Shown: positions 9,264 through 18,400 of the stretch, one piece after another | Layout: every line of letters starts with the position of its first letter | How positions within the stretch are numbered: the stretch's first letter is position 1 | From: Brevibacterium luteolum | GTDB taxonomy: Bacteria; Actinomycetota; Actinomycetes; Actinomycetales; Brevibacteriaceae | Length of the DNA stretch: 64,000 nt | Assembly (NCBI RefSeq): GCF_013004595.1 | Contig: NZ_JABEMC010000011.1 | Span: 1 to 64,000 of the forward strand | Direction: 5' to 3' | Notes under the pieces: generated by a model | Database searches by the model: none | Told to the model about the DNA's origin: nothing | What the model saw: the letters and a program-made list of their open reading frames with translations, nothing else | Translations under genes and position numbers: made by a program

Positions 9264-10132
9264 CGCGCTTTCTTCTGCTTATTCTCGTTTTACTTTTACT
9301 TGCACCAGTAGAGGTCAAAACTCCGTTGTTAGCTGTCTCTGCTGGACCCTGCCAAGGCGAAATTCATAACGACTGGGGAAAGGTGAAATGCAAGAAAACG
9401 AAGAAGCGCGATGGCAAGGATCGTAAGCAACGCAAGAAGGACCGCGACGGTTCGGGCCGGGGCGGCGGCAACCGCAACGGCGACAATTCCGATCGTGATC
9501 GCCGGGACAACAACGCTGATTCCGGGCCTCGGGCCTGCCAGTTGCTTGAGGGCGACCCGGGGAGCCGGGCCAGGCAGTGTGAGCGCCGGCCGCAGCCGTC
9601 GCCGGATCGTGACAGCAACAGCCCGCCTGACACAGACTTCTATGTGGAGCCTCCACCGGATGTGACATGGGAAGACGTCGGGGAGACCTCGATCCCACCG
9701 TCTGACATCTTCGTCATGCCCGAAGGGTGGGGTGTGGTGAACAAGCCTGTAGCCGTATGGGCCGGCAATAACTCCTCGCGGACAGATACGATGGAGCTCG
9801 CCGGATACACCGTCGAGATCAGGGTGACGCCAGCGCAATACAAATGGAACTTCGGTGACGGCAACACAATCACCACGACCTCAGCCGGCCGCAAGCCCAG
9901 ATACGCCCACGACGCCGATATCAGCCATTCCTACACGGAAAGCGGTGACTACACGATCAATCTAACGACCAGTTACGTCGGTCAGTTCCGTGTCGACGGC
10001 GGAGCATGGGAGGACATCCCCGGCACAGCTGAGATCGCATCGAGACCGGTGCCAGTCGAGATCTACCGGTACGTGCGCTACCTCGTCGACGAGGACTGCA
10101 CCAAGAACCCCGACGGCCCCGACTGCCCATGA
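9260..10132 (+). CDS. Secreted PKD-domain protein
   Basis: ATGA overlap with the upstream stop; hydrophobic signal peptide; YKWNFGDG...HSYTESGDYTINLT PKD motif; paired Cys. Confidence 0.85.
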   Translation: MTRFLLLILVLLLLAPVEVKTPLLAVSAGPCQGEIHNDWGKVKCKKTKKRDGKDRKQRKKDRDGSGRGGGNRNGDNSDRDRRDNNADSGPRACQLLEGDPGSRARQCERRPQPSPDRDSNSPPDTDFYVEPPPDVTWEDVGETSIPPSDIFVMPEGWGVVNKPVAVWAGNNSSRTDTMELAGYTVEIRVTPAQYKWNFGDGNTITTTSAGRKPRYAHDADISHSYTESGDYTINLTTSYVGQFRVDGGAWEDIPGTAEIASRPVPVEIYRYVRYLVDEDCTKNPDGPDCP

Positions 10133-10188
10133 GAACGCCGTCGGTCACCGCCTCCAGCGTCGGTCCGCTGGGCGATCGTCATCGAACC

Positions 10189-10330
10189 TCAGATGTAAGT
10201 GCCGATGTTGGCGGCACCCCGAGGTGTCAGACGGCACGCCGCAAGGAGTCACGGCAGAAGAACCGGCGCACGCCCCGATCCTCTGATGCCAGCGGGTGGA
10301 CTACCTCGGCGCCGATGTCGAGAACTCCTG
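10189..10330 (-). pseudogene. Remnant of a VOC/glyoxalase-family gene (C-terminal part, frameshifted)
   Basis: Minus strand IGAEVVHPLASEDRGVRRFFCRD, then a shifted AANIGTYI*; no start codon found. Confidence 0.55.
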
Positions 10331-10340
10331 CAAACCCTGA

Positions 10341-10937
10341 TCAAGCGCCCGTGCGCCCGCCGAATTGCCCGCCGGACTCATCGCGCAGCCGCGGTGTCAC
10401 CTGCCGGTGCGGGCGGATGCCGGTCTTATCCGCGTAGAAGGCCCGGATCCGATCCATATCGGCGGCGACATCACCGGTCATCTCCAGGGTCGGGCCGAGC
10501 CCGGTCGTGTGCGTCGTCGAATCGACGTAGCCCAGGGTCACCGGCATGCCGGTCTCGCGAGCGATGCGGTAGAACCCAGACTTCCAGTGAGTGTGCCCGC
10601 TGCGAGTGCCGTCCGGGGTGATGACGAGCCCGAAGATCTCCCCAGCGCGGGCAGCCTCGACGACCTCAGCGACAACGCGGCTGGGATTGTCGCGGTCGAC
10701 CGGGATGCCGCCGGTGGCGCGCATGAACGGCCCCCGCCAGGAGCGGAACAGGCTCTTCTTTCCCATCCAGCGCACATCGATGCCCAGCTCCCAGGCGATG
10801 CAGAGCATGAGTATGAAGTCCCAGTTCGAGGTGTGGGGTGCGCCGATGAGGATCGTCGGCTGAGTCGGTGCCGGCTGGGTGCGCAGCGTCCAGCGGCTGA
10901 AGCGCCAGAAGGCGCGGGCGGCGAGTCGTCGGAGCAT
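10341..10937 (-). CDS. 1-acyl-sn-glycerol-3-phosphate acyltransferase family
   Basis: APHTSNWD, PVDR, TPDGTRS, WKSGFY motifs. Confidence 0.92.
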   Translation of the reverse strand: MLRRLAARAFWRFSRWTLRTQPAPTQPTILIGAPHTSNWDFILMLCIAWELGIDVRWMGKKSLFRSWRGPFMRATGGIPVDRDNPSRVVAEVVEAARAGEIFGLVITPDGTRSGHTHWKSGFYRIARETGMPVTLGYVDSTTHTTGLGPTLEMTGDVAADMDRIRAFYADKTGIRPHRQVTPRLRDESGGQFGGRTGA

Positions 10938-11031
10938 AGCTTAACCGTAGAGCACTCTCGAGCCCCGAAGCGCACCGGTCCATCCGGCGTGCAGCCAGGC
11001 GCGCAACGTCGGTCACCGCTCCCGAGGTGGT

Positions 11032-11190
11032 TCACACGATGCACAACTCGTTGCCTTCGGACTCGTGCATGAGCAGCCAGTGGCCCGCCGGTTCGTGGAA
11101 CTTGCCGGTGAACGCGATATCAGGCTCGACGAGACTCTTGGCATGGACGTGCATCGACTCGACGTCCTTGGCCTCGCTGGAGCTGCGCGA
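11032..11190 (-). pseudogene. Remnant of a VOC (glyoxalase-like) gene
   Basis: Minus strand ...EPAGHWLLMHESEGNELCIV*, resembling the W..m.DPEGNEFC C-terminus; N-terminus missing. Confidence 0.55.
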
Positions 11191-11210
11191 TTGATCTCGG
11201 CTGTTGCGTC

Positions 11211-12830
11211 TCAGCGCCGACGGCGCCGGCCGGTGCCGAAGATCCCGCGGGCGATCTCGCGGGCAGCGGTGCGGGTGAACTGCCGGAACTCGCGGGAATT
11301 CACCACCTGCTCGAGCATCGTCCGATCCTGTCTGCCGGGCGTCGTCGACCGGCTGCGGCTGGTTCTGCCCGCCCCTGCGGTGTCCGGCAGCGGGATCCGA
11401 GCCTCATCGTGTTCGGCATCCGGCCCGCTGCCTGGCGCCGGCTCCGGGCCCGAGGTGCCCTCCGCCTCGGCGTCGGCAGCACCGGCTTCCAGGCGCTGGG
11501 TGAGGATCTCGCGGGCCGATTCCCGGTCGATGCGCTCACCGTAGGTCGCCTGATGGGCAGAATCGGTTACGAGCTGTTCCATCAGGGCCGGGTCGCTGGG
11601 ACCCATCTTCGAGCGCGGGGCGAAGATCTTCGTCGCAGCGACCGGTGTCGGTGCCCCATCGGGATCCATGACGGTTACGATCGCCTCGCCGGTGCCCAGC
11701 GTGGTGAGCAGCGCACCGAGGTCGACATCAGTCGTCGGGAAGGTCGACACCGTCTCCTTGAGCGCTTTGGCCTCCTTGGGAGTGTGGGCGCGCAGCTGAT
11801 GCTGGATGCGCGAGCCGAGCTGGGCGAGCACCGCCTCGGGAACGTCGGTGGGCTGCTGGGTGACGAAGAAGACGCCCACACCCTTCGAACGGATAAGGCG
11901 CACCGTCTGGGCGACCGAGTCGAGAAACGCCTTCGACGCGTTGGCGAACAGCAGGTGGGCTTCGTCGAAGAAGAACACGAGCGTGGGTTTGTCGGCGTCA
12001 CCCACCTCGGGCAGGGTTTCGAACAGCTCGGCGAGGAGCCACATGAGGAAGGTCGAGAACAGGGCCGGGCGGTTCTGCACGGCCGGCAGCTCGAGCATCG
12101 AGATCGTGCCGGCAGCCCCCTGGGTGCGCAGCAGGTCGGAGATGTCGTATTCGGGTTCGCCGAAGAACGCGTCGGCACCCTGGATCTCCAGGTTCGCGAT
12201 CGCGCGCAGGATCACCCCAGCCGAGGCGGTGGAGACTCCGCCGATGTCCTTCAGGTCCGCCTTGCCCTCCGGGGAGGTGAGGAAGGACAGCACCGCCTTG
12301 AGGTCGGAGAGGTCGAGCAGCGCCAGGCCTGCGGAGTCGGCGTAGTGGAAGATGAGGCCGAGGACGGACTCCTGGGTGTCGTTGAGGCCCAGGACTTTCG
12401 ACAGCAGGAGTGGTCCGAAGGAGCTGACGCTCGCACGCATCGGGATGCCGGTGCCCTCTCCGCCGAGGGAGTAGAAGGTCACCGGGGAGGCCTCGGGCTG
12501 CCAGTCCTGGCCGTTGGCCTGGGTGCGGGCGGTGAGCTTCTCGGACGGCTCACCGGGGCTCGCCATGCCGGACAGGTCGCCTTTGAGATCGGCTGCGAAC
12601 ACGGGAACGCCGGCAGTGGAGAGCGCCTCGGCAAGCACCTGGAGGGTGATCGTCTTGCCGGTGCCTGTGGCACCGGCGATGAGGCCGTGGCGGTTGAACA
12701 TCGCCAGCGGGATGCGCACGCGCACATCAGGGGCGGGGGTGTCGCCGTCAAAGGCGGAGCCGAGGTCGATGGCGGGTTCGTCGAAGGTGTATCCGGCGCG
12801 GATCGCTTCAAGGGCCTGCGTGTCGCTCAT
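11211..12830 (-). CDS. DUF853 / HerA-like P-loop ATPase
   Basis: NRHGLIAGATGTGKT, DLKGDLSG, FFFDEAHLLF, IRSKGVGVFFVTQ. The start could be up to 12842. Confidence 0.93.
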   Translation of the reverse strand: MSDTQALEAIRAGYTFDEPAIDLGSAFDGDTPAPDVRVRIPLAMFNRHGLIAGATGTGKTITLQVLAEALSTAGVPVFAADLKGDLSGMASPGEPSEKLTARTQANGQDWQPEASPVTFYSLGGEGTGIPMRASVSSFGPLLLSKVLGLNDTQESVLGLIFHYADSAGLALLDLSDLKAVLSFLTSPEGKADLKDIGGVSTASAGVILRAIANLEIQGADAFFGEPEYDISDLLRTQGAAGTISMLELPAVQNRPALFSTFLMWLLAELFETLPEVGDADKPTLVFFFDEAHLLFANASKAFLDSVAQTVRLIRSKGVGVFFVTQQPTDVPEAVLAQLGSRIQHQLRAHTPKEAKALKETVSTFPTTDVDLGALLTTLGTGEAIVTVMDPDGAPTPVAATKIFAPRSKMGPSDPALMEQLVTDSAHQATYGERIDRESAREILTQRLEAGAADAEAEGTSGPEPAPGSGPDAEHDEARIPLPDTAGAGRTSRSRSTTPGRQDRTMLEQVVNSREFRQFTRTAAREIARGIFGTGRRRRR

Positions 12831-12981
12831 GAGGTCATTCAAGCACAGCAGGCGCGCGCAGCAGCGGCGATCGCTTCAGGGGCCGGTAGGAGCACACCAT
12901 GCGGTTCTCTCTGCGTGGGCCGGGAGTCTGCGTTGGCTCTGGTTCTTGCCTGGTTGACTCTGGTTCTCAGCTGCAGACAGG

Positions 12982-13001
12982 TGATATCATGAGTGATATC
13001 A
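12982..13001. promoter_or_regulatory. Putative antitoxin operator
   Basis: Two TGATATCA palindromes (12982-12989, 12994-13001) directly before the antitoxin SD GGAGG. Confidence 0.65.
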
Positions 13002-13018
13002 AACGGAGGTGATGCGTG

Positions 13019-13252
13019 ATGGCTGCGATAGTGGTGCGAGGACTCGAGGAATCGGTCAAATCCGCCCTGGCTGCGCGGGCGCGGAAGCACGGGCGCTCCA
13101 TGGAAGCTGAAGTGCGCGAGATTCTGACGCAGGCGGCCAGCAGACCGAATATCGGAATGGCACTGATGCAGGCCGCTCGGGAAGCTGGAGGCGTTGATGA
13201 GCTTCCCGTTCCCAGCAGGGACGAGCGCGCACGCTCGGTGGACTTCGCGTGA
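13019..13252 (+). CDS. FitA-like ribbon-helix-helix antitoxin
   Basis: MAAIVVRGLEESVKSALAARARKHGRSMEAEVREIL. Confidence 0.92.
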   Translation: MAAIVVRGLEESVKSALAARARKHGRSMEAEVREILTQAASRPNIGMALMQAAREAGGVDELPVPSRDERARSVDFA

Positions 13253-13668
13253 TCGTCTTAGACACGAACGTCATCTCGGAGCTGTTCCGTCCGCTGCCGA
13301 ACCCGCGTGTGGTGGCGTGGCTCGAATCGCTGTCTGGTGAGGTTGCGATCACTGCGATCACGGCTGCCGAGCTGTTGGTCGGTGTTCGCCGTCTGCCCGG
13401 CGGCAGACGTCAGACGCAGCTTGCACAGAGTGTCGAAGCTGTCCTGGACCAATACCGGCGGCTCAATGCTGTGCTGCCCTTCGACGTCGCCGCTGCATCT
13501 CATTACGCAGAGCTCGTCGCCAATCGTAAAGCTTCGGGATCTCCCATCAGCATGGCTGACGCGGAGATCGCGGCGATCTGCCGCACTCATCTCGCAACGT
13601 GCGCAACGCGCAACGTCAAGGACTTCCAGGGAACTGGTGTCTCCACGATCAATCCGTGGGAAGCCTGA
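13249..13668 (+). CDS. vapC: PIN-domain VapC/FitB toxin
   Basis: IVLDTNVISE, DAEIAAI, ATRNVKDF, INPW; GTGA overlap with the antitoxin. Confidence 0.95.
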   Translation: MIVLDTNVISELFRPLPNPRVVAWLESLSGEVAITAITAAELLVGVRRLPGGRRQTQLAQSVEAVLDQYRRLNAVLPFDVAAASHYAELVANRKASGSPISMADAEIAAICRTHLATCATRNVKDFQGTGVSTINPWEA

Positions 13669-13836
13669 ACAGCTCTCTCAGTCGGCGGTGGAAGGCTCGG
13701 CGGCCGTCGTGCCGGATGGGTGCGACGAGATCAGTCTGTCCGGCAGGCTGTCGAGCACTGGGGCATCATGGAGGCAGTCTGAGGGCACATGTGCGCCCGT
13801 CGACGATGACGATCAGGCTGGCGAGGAGACTGTTCT

Positions 13837-14835
13837 GTGGAGGCTGGGACACATGCCCGAGAAGCGGGCCGCATCAGGTCGCCAAGGCGCGTCCTCGTGC
13901 TCCTGAATCCTCTGGCCGCTGACCGGCACCCCGGGTGTGCGACCGCGCTCGCCGCAGCTGCGGCGGACCTTGAGCTGTTCGTTCCGACCGGTGCTGACGC
14001 CCAGCTCCAGTTCAATGCCGCGGCCGAGGCGGTTGAGGCCGGTGTCGATGCGGTGGTCGTTTGCGGCGGTGACGGCACAGTGGCCGCCGGTTTCGCCCTG
14101 ACTGCTGGCACCGGCATCCCGCTGGGCATCGTGCCGGCAGGCACCGGCAATGATTTCGCCCGCGCCGCCCGGATCGAACGCGGCGACCCGGTCGGCAGCC
14201 TGTCCCGGCTGCTCGATGGGCTGCGGGACGGTGCGCTGCGGGACGGTGCGCTGCGCAGCTGCACGGTAGATGCGCTGCACATGACGGTCACGACTCCGGA
14301 CTCAGGCCAGTCGCACGTATGGGTAGCGAACTCCGCCAACATCGGCTTCGACGCGCTCGTCAACGCACGCGCCAACACCTACCGCCGGCTGCCTGTCACC
14401 GGACGCTACCTCGTGGCGCTCCTGCGCGAACTCCCAGCATTCCGCCCGGCACGATTCCGCATCTCGCGCGACGACCAGCCGCCTCAGAATCTGACGGCCA
14501 CGCTCATCTGCGTGCAGAACGGGCCCTGGATCGGCGGCGGCATCCCACTGGCCCCCGCAGCCGACCCCAGGTCCGGGACCGCCGTCATGAGCACAGTCGA
14601 CAGGATTCCCCGCCTCCTGCTGGCAGGCCTCTTCCCGCTCATCTACCTGCGCGCCCACCGACTGTTGGCACCGCTGCGGCAGCATCGGGTCGAACGCGTC
14701 CGGGTCACAGTCCCCAGCAGCGTGCCGGTCTACGCCGACGGCGAGGAGATCCTCCCCAGCAGCCACGACGGGGCCGAAGTGGAGATCGCTGTCATGCCCC
14801 GGGCTGTCCGCCTCATCCAGGGTCTGCCCGACTGA
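13837..14835 (+). CDS. Diacylglycerol/lipid kinase family protein
   Basis: LNP, GGDGT, PAGTGNDFAR, GFDA, GGG, YADGE motifs. Confidence 0.9.
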   Translation: MEAGTHAREAGRIRSPRRVLVLLNPLAADRHPGCATALAAAAADLELFVPTGADAQLQFNAAAEAVEAGVDAVVVCGGDGTVAAGFALTAGTGIPLGIVPAGTGNDFARAARIERGDPVGSLSRLLDGLRDGALRDGALRSCTVDALHMTVTTPDSGQSHVWVANSANIGFDALVNARANTYRRLPVTGRYLVALLRELPAFRPARFRISRDDQPPQNLTATLICVQNGPWIGGGIPLAPAADPRSGTAVMSTVDRIPRLLLAGLFPLIYLRAHRLLAPLRQHRVERVRVTVPSSVPVYADGEEILPSSHDGAEVEIAVMPRAVRLIQGLPD

Positions 14836-14863
14836 CAGCCTCCGTGTGGGGCATCATGGATGT

Positions 14864-15217
14864 ATGAGTGAGATCACCATTGCACGCATCTACGACGACA
14901 ACGAAGGCGGCTACCGCGTGCTGCTCGACCGGCTCTGGCCGCGCGGCATCAGCAAGGAGGACGCGGATCTGGATCTGTGGGCCAAGGACGTCGCCCCGAG
15001 TGATGATCTGCGCACGTGGTTCCACAACGGCGGAGACTACAGCGAATTCTCTAAGCGCTACCGCGCTGAGCTCAAGGACAACGAGGAATTCGACGACTTC
15101 GCCGCCACGCTGGCCGAGCAGAAGAACATCGTGCTGCTGACCGCGTCGAAGGACCCCGAGCACAGCCACCTGAGCGTGATGAAGAAGATCCTCTCCTCAC
15201 GCAGCACGAAGAGCTGA
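14864..15217 (+). CDS. DUF488 / YeaO-family protein
   Basis: RIYD...YRVLLDRLWPRGISKE...WAKDVAPS.DLRTWF. Confidence 0.92.
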   Translation: MSEITIARIYDDNEGGYRVLLDRLWPRGISKEDADLDLWAKDVAPSDDLRTWFHNGGDYSEFSKRYRAELKDNEEFDDFAATLAEQKNIVLLTASKDPEHSHLSVMKKILSSRSTKS

Positions 15218-15277
15218 GCTGCGGCTGCATCGCCGGGGCCGGCCGTCAGGCAGCCGGCAGTCGGGGCAGCACGCAGT

Positions 15278-16720
15278 TCAGGCGAAGAACTCCTGGCTCG
15301 CAACACTCGGGGCATCAGGGCCGATGACGTCGATGAGCACATCGGCATCCCGGTAGGAGGCGTGCCGGGTCCACCCGTCGATGCCGGCCAGCGCCGCATG
15401 GGCGCTTTCAGCGCTCCGGTAGCCACCGGGCACCGGGTGCCGCCAGTGCGCGGCCAGCACCACCCCGCCTGAGCGCAGGCTCGCCGCCGCCGAGGTGAGG
15501 AACCCTGCGAATGACTCGTCGCTGAGGTAGTAGGCCAATTCGCTGAAGACAATGAGGTCGAAGCTGCCGGTCGGCCAGTCCTCGATCCCGGCACAGCGCA
15601 CCTCGACCGAGGCGCCGGCACTGCTGGCGCGCAGCCGCTGCCGGGCGGCATGGACGGCAGCAGGCACGACATCAGCGCAGATGAGCTCCTCACACCGGGC
15701 GGCGAGCTTCTCACTCAGCATCCCGATTGAACAGCCGGGCTCGAAGACCCGGTCGAAGCGCGGCTTGGGCAGCATCGCCATGATGAGCTCAGCGCGCCTG
15801 CGCTCGTACCACCGCTGGCCGACCGACCACGGGTCATCAGCGTGCCGGTAGAGGTCATCGAAGCCGGCCGAGCGGTGGACGAAGACCACCTGCCGCTCCC
15901 GGCACATCCGCTCCCGCACCCTCGCCGGCAGAACGACCGCCTCGGGCCCGGCGGCCGGATCCCGGTCGACGGCGACCCCGTAGTCGAGACTGACCTGGGA
16001 GCGGAAGCAGTCCAGCGCGGCAGGCAGCGACGCCCGTAGCCGCTCGGGCACATCGAGGCGCACCGCAGCTGCCGCGAGCTCATCGGGCACGTCTGCCGGC
16101 GCGGTGTGCTGCCACAGCCACACCGGATATTCGACGACCGGGCAGGTCGGACGGGTCGCAGCGGCGGCGAAGGCGGCCCGGCCAGCCGCGTCGTGATCGG
16201 GGTGGCCGTCGGTGCGCAGGGGAGCAGCGATCCACGTGCCGGTCGGCAGCTCATCGAGGAGTTCAGCCAGCCGCCCGGCAAGCGTCTCCTCATGCTCGGC
16301 AACTGCGCCGTCGGGGATCGACAGCCGGGTGACCGGCGGGACGGGACAGCCGGCGGCATCAGCGAGAACCTGCAGGGCCGCGTCAGTTTCGCCCCGGCGG
16401 ATGGCGGCGAGCTCGGCCGGATCGACGGCCTCCGGCGGGTGTGAGCCCTCGCCGTCGGTGACCGCAGCCAGGCGGACCAGGATACCGGCATCGAGGGCGG
16501 CAGCGAACAGCCCGCCGGCGCCGGCGATCTCATCATCTGGGTGTGGAGCGACGATGAGCAGTCCCGGCAGCGCCTCGGCTCCCGGCCAGGCGGGCAGCGC
16601 GGCGGCGCAGGTGTCGATCTCCGTGCCCGAGGCGGCAGGCACCTGGGCGCCGGAGAAGGTGCGCTCGCCGGCAGACTCAGCGTCGGCTGCGGGACCGGTT
16701 GCGGGGGTGGGCTCAGTCAT
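15278..16720 (-). CDS. Bifunctional PIG-L deacetylase / NodS-like SAM-dependent methyltransferase
   Basis: N-terminal APHPDDE, TDGEGSHP, DGHPDH; C-terminal DPW..WYERRR, EPGCSIG, DLIVFSELAYYL, HWRHP. Start ATG 16720 overlaps the upstream stop. Confidence 0.9.
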   Translation of the reverse strand: MTEPTPATGPAADAESAGERTFSGAQVPAASGTEIDTCAAALPAWPGAEALPGLLIVAPHPDDEIAGAGGLFAAALDAGILVRLAAVTDGEGSHPPEAVDPAELAAIRRGETDAALQVLADAAGCPVPPVTRLSIPDGAVAEHEETLAGRLAELLDELPTGTWIAAPLRTDGHPDHDAAGRAAFAAAATRPTCPVVEYPVWLWQHTAPADVPDELAAAAVRLDVPERLRASLPAALDCFRSQVSLDYGVAVDRDPAAGPEAVVLPARVRERMCRERQVVFVHRSAGFDDLYRHADDPWSVGQRWYERRRAELIMAMLPKPRFDRVFEPGCSIGMLSEKLAARCEELICADVVPAAVHAARQRLRASSAGASVEVRCAGIEDWPTGSFDLIVFSELAYYLSDESFAGFLTSAAASLRSGGVVLAAHWRHPVPGGYRSAESAHAALAGIDGWTRHASYRDADVLIDVIGPDAPSVASQEFFA

Positions 16721-17717
16721 GGGCGCCGGTGAGTCCGAGGAGCCGATCCCAGGCTGCAGTCGGAGCAGTGTCATCGTTGTGTTCGGTGATCTGGGCGGCG
16801 ATGGCAGCCTCGTCGGCTTCGGCGTGGGTCTGGCGGATGTAGACGCTGAGGTCGGCCACCAGCTGCGCGTGCTCGCCGTCGCCGCACAGCGGCCCGGCAC
16901 CGAGTGCCCGGCCGACGCGTTCGATGACATCAGCTGCCATCCGGTCGATGCGGGTGCGCACCGCCAGCGCGCGAGCCATCATCAGCCCCGAGGAGTTGCC
17001 GGGGTCGGCGTCGATGAACGCGGCAGTCGACTCCAGCAGCGCCCAGCCGGCGGCAAGCTCGGCTGCGACCGCACCGGCCTGCGCGGCGATGAGCGGGGAG
17101 ACGCCCTCACGCTGTGCCTTGGCCAGCAGCGGTTCGGCCACGGCGCGGGCGCCGCCGTACCAGCAGGCTGCGACTCCAGCACCGCCGTGCCAGAAGCCGG
17201 GCCGGTCGAGATAGTCGCGGTGGCTGCCGAGCCGGCGAGCCGGCACCGTGTCGAACTCGACCCAGCCGGAGTCGCTGGCAGCCATTCCGACAGCAGGCCA
17301 CGTTTCGGGCACCGCACGCACGCCGTCCTGGCGCAGATCGACGGCGAAGAACCCGACCTGCCCGGATTCCTCTCGGGCGGTCACGAGCGCATGGGTGCAC
17401 ATGCCGGCCCCTGAGCACCACGGTTTGGTGCCGGTCAGCGACCAGGCGCCTGCCGCCTCGGCGGCGGTGAGCTGCGGCTGCGGCGGCTCAGCCGCCCATA
17501 CGCCCCAGTGGCTGCCCGGTTCGACGAGGTCGGGTGCGCCGAGGTCGGTGGTGATCGCCTGGGCATCGGCGTGGGCTTCGATGAACCGGGCGGTGACGAG
17601 GTCCGCGCGGGCGAGGCGCGCCAGCGTGGCGAACCGGGTGAGGGTGTCGCCGCTGGCGGGGTGGGGGAGTGCGTGGCCGGTGAGCTGGGCGGCGAGCCGG
17701 CCGCGGGTCTGGGTCAT
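16713..17717 (-). CDS. Acyl-CoA dehydrogenase-fold flavoprotein
   Basis: EAHADA, WGVWAAE, LTGTKPWCSGA, WPAVGMAASDS, YLDRPGFWHGG, DLSVYIRQ.H. Confidence 0.88.
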   Translation of the reverse strand: MTQTRGRLAAQLTGHALPHPASGDTLTRFATLARLARADLVTARFIEAHADAQAITTDLGAPDLVEPGSHWGVWAAEPPQPQLTAAEAAGAWSLTGTKPWCSGAGMCTHALVTAREESGQVGFFAVDLRQDGVRAVPETWPAVGMAASDSGWVEFDTVPARRLGSHRDYLDRPGFWHGGAGVAACWYGGARAVAEPLLAKAQREGVSPLIAAQAGAVAAELAAGWALLESTAAFIDADPGNSSGLMMARALAVRTRIDRMAADVIERVGRALGAGPLCGDGEHAQLVADLSVYIRQTHAEADEAAIAAQITEHNDDTAPTAAWDRLLGLTGAHD

Positions 17718-18400
17718 GAGATGAGCTCCTTGAGGTCGTCGGACAGGCCGCCGGGTGAGCGGCCATCGGTGCGGCGGGAGGTGGTGACGGGGATGTCGAG
17801 CGGCCAGCGCACGTCAAGGCCGGCGGCCTCAGCGCGGGTGACGAGGTCGACGTCCTCGTGCACGGCCAGGGCTGCGAATCCGCCGAGGACGTCGTAAGTG
17901 CGCGGGTGGAAGGACAGGTTGGCGCCGTGGATGTGGCGGTGGCCGGCCGGGGTGATGCCGGTGGCATACAGGGCCGACCAGCGGGTGCCCAGCGTGTCCG
18001 GCAGCTGCGGGTCTGCCGGGGGTTCGAGGCAGACGGTGCCGGCGATGAGTTCGGCGCCTTCGGCGCTGAGCTCGAGGAGGCGGCGGCACCACGAGGTGGG
18101 TACGGCGCTGTCGGCGTCGGTGGTGGCCAGCCAGGCGGCCTGTGGTGCGGTGGCGCGCAGGTGGGCGAATCCGGCGTGCCGTGCCGCGCCGACCCGGCCG
18201 AGGCGGACCGGCAGCACGTCGGCGCCGTGGGCGCGGGCGGTGGCCGCGGTGGCATCGGTGCAGGAGTCGGCGACGACGAGGACGCCGAGCCGGCAGCCGG
18301 CCGCCGCCGCCGAGGCGTTGAGGGCATCGAGCGCGCGGGGCAGGAGGGCTTCCTCGTTGTGGGCGGGGATGACGACGTGCAGCTGCGCGGAGTCCGTCAC
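17714..18400 (-). CDS. Glycosyltransferase family 2
   Basis: VVIPAHNEE, VADSCTD, TTDADS, HGANL, GGF...HED, TS.R..GR.PGG; GTG start with SD GGAGG. Confidence 0.9.
   Translation of the reverse strand: MTDSAQLHVVIPAHNEEALLPRALDALNASAAAAGCRLGVLVVADSCTDATAATARAHGADVLPVRLGRVGAARHAGFAHLRATAPQAAWLATTDADSAVPTSWCRRLLELSAEGAELIAGTVCLEPPADPQLPDTLGTRWSALYATGITPAGHRHIHGANLSFHPRTYDVLGGFAALAVHEDVDLVTRAEAAGLDVRWPLDIPVTTSRRTDGRSPGGLSDDLKELIS

Noticed and set aside
11211..12830. HerA-type anti-phage system
   Set aside because: The sequence is the common stand-alone DUF853 type, with no SIR2, NurA or nuclease partner in its operon.
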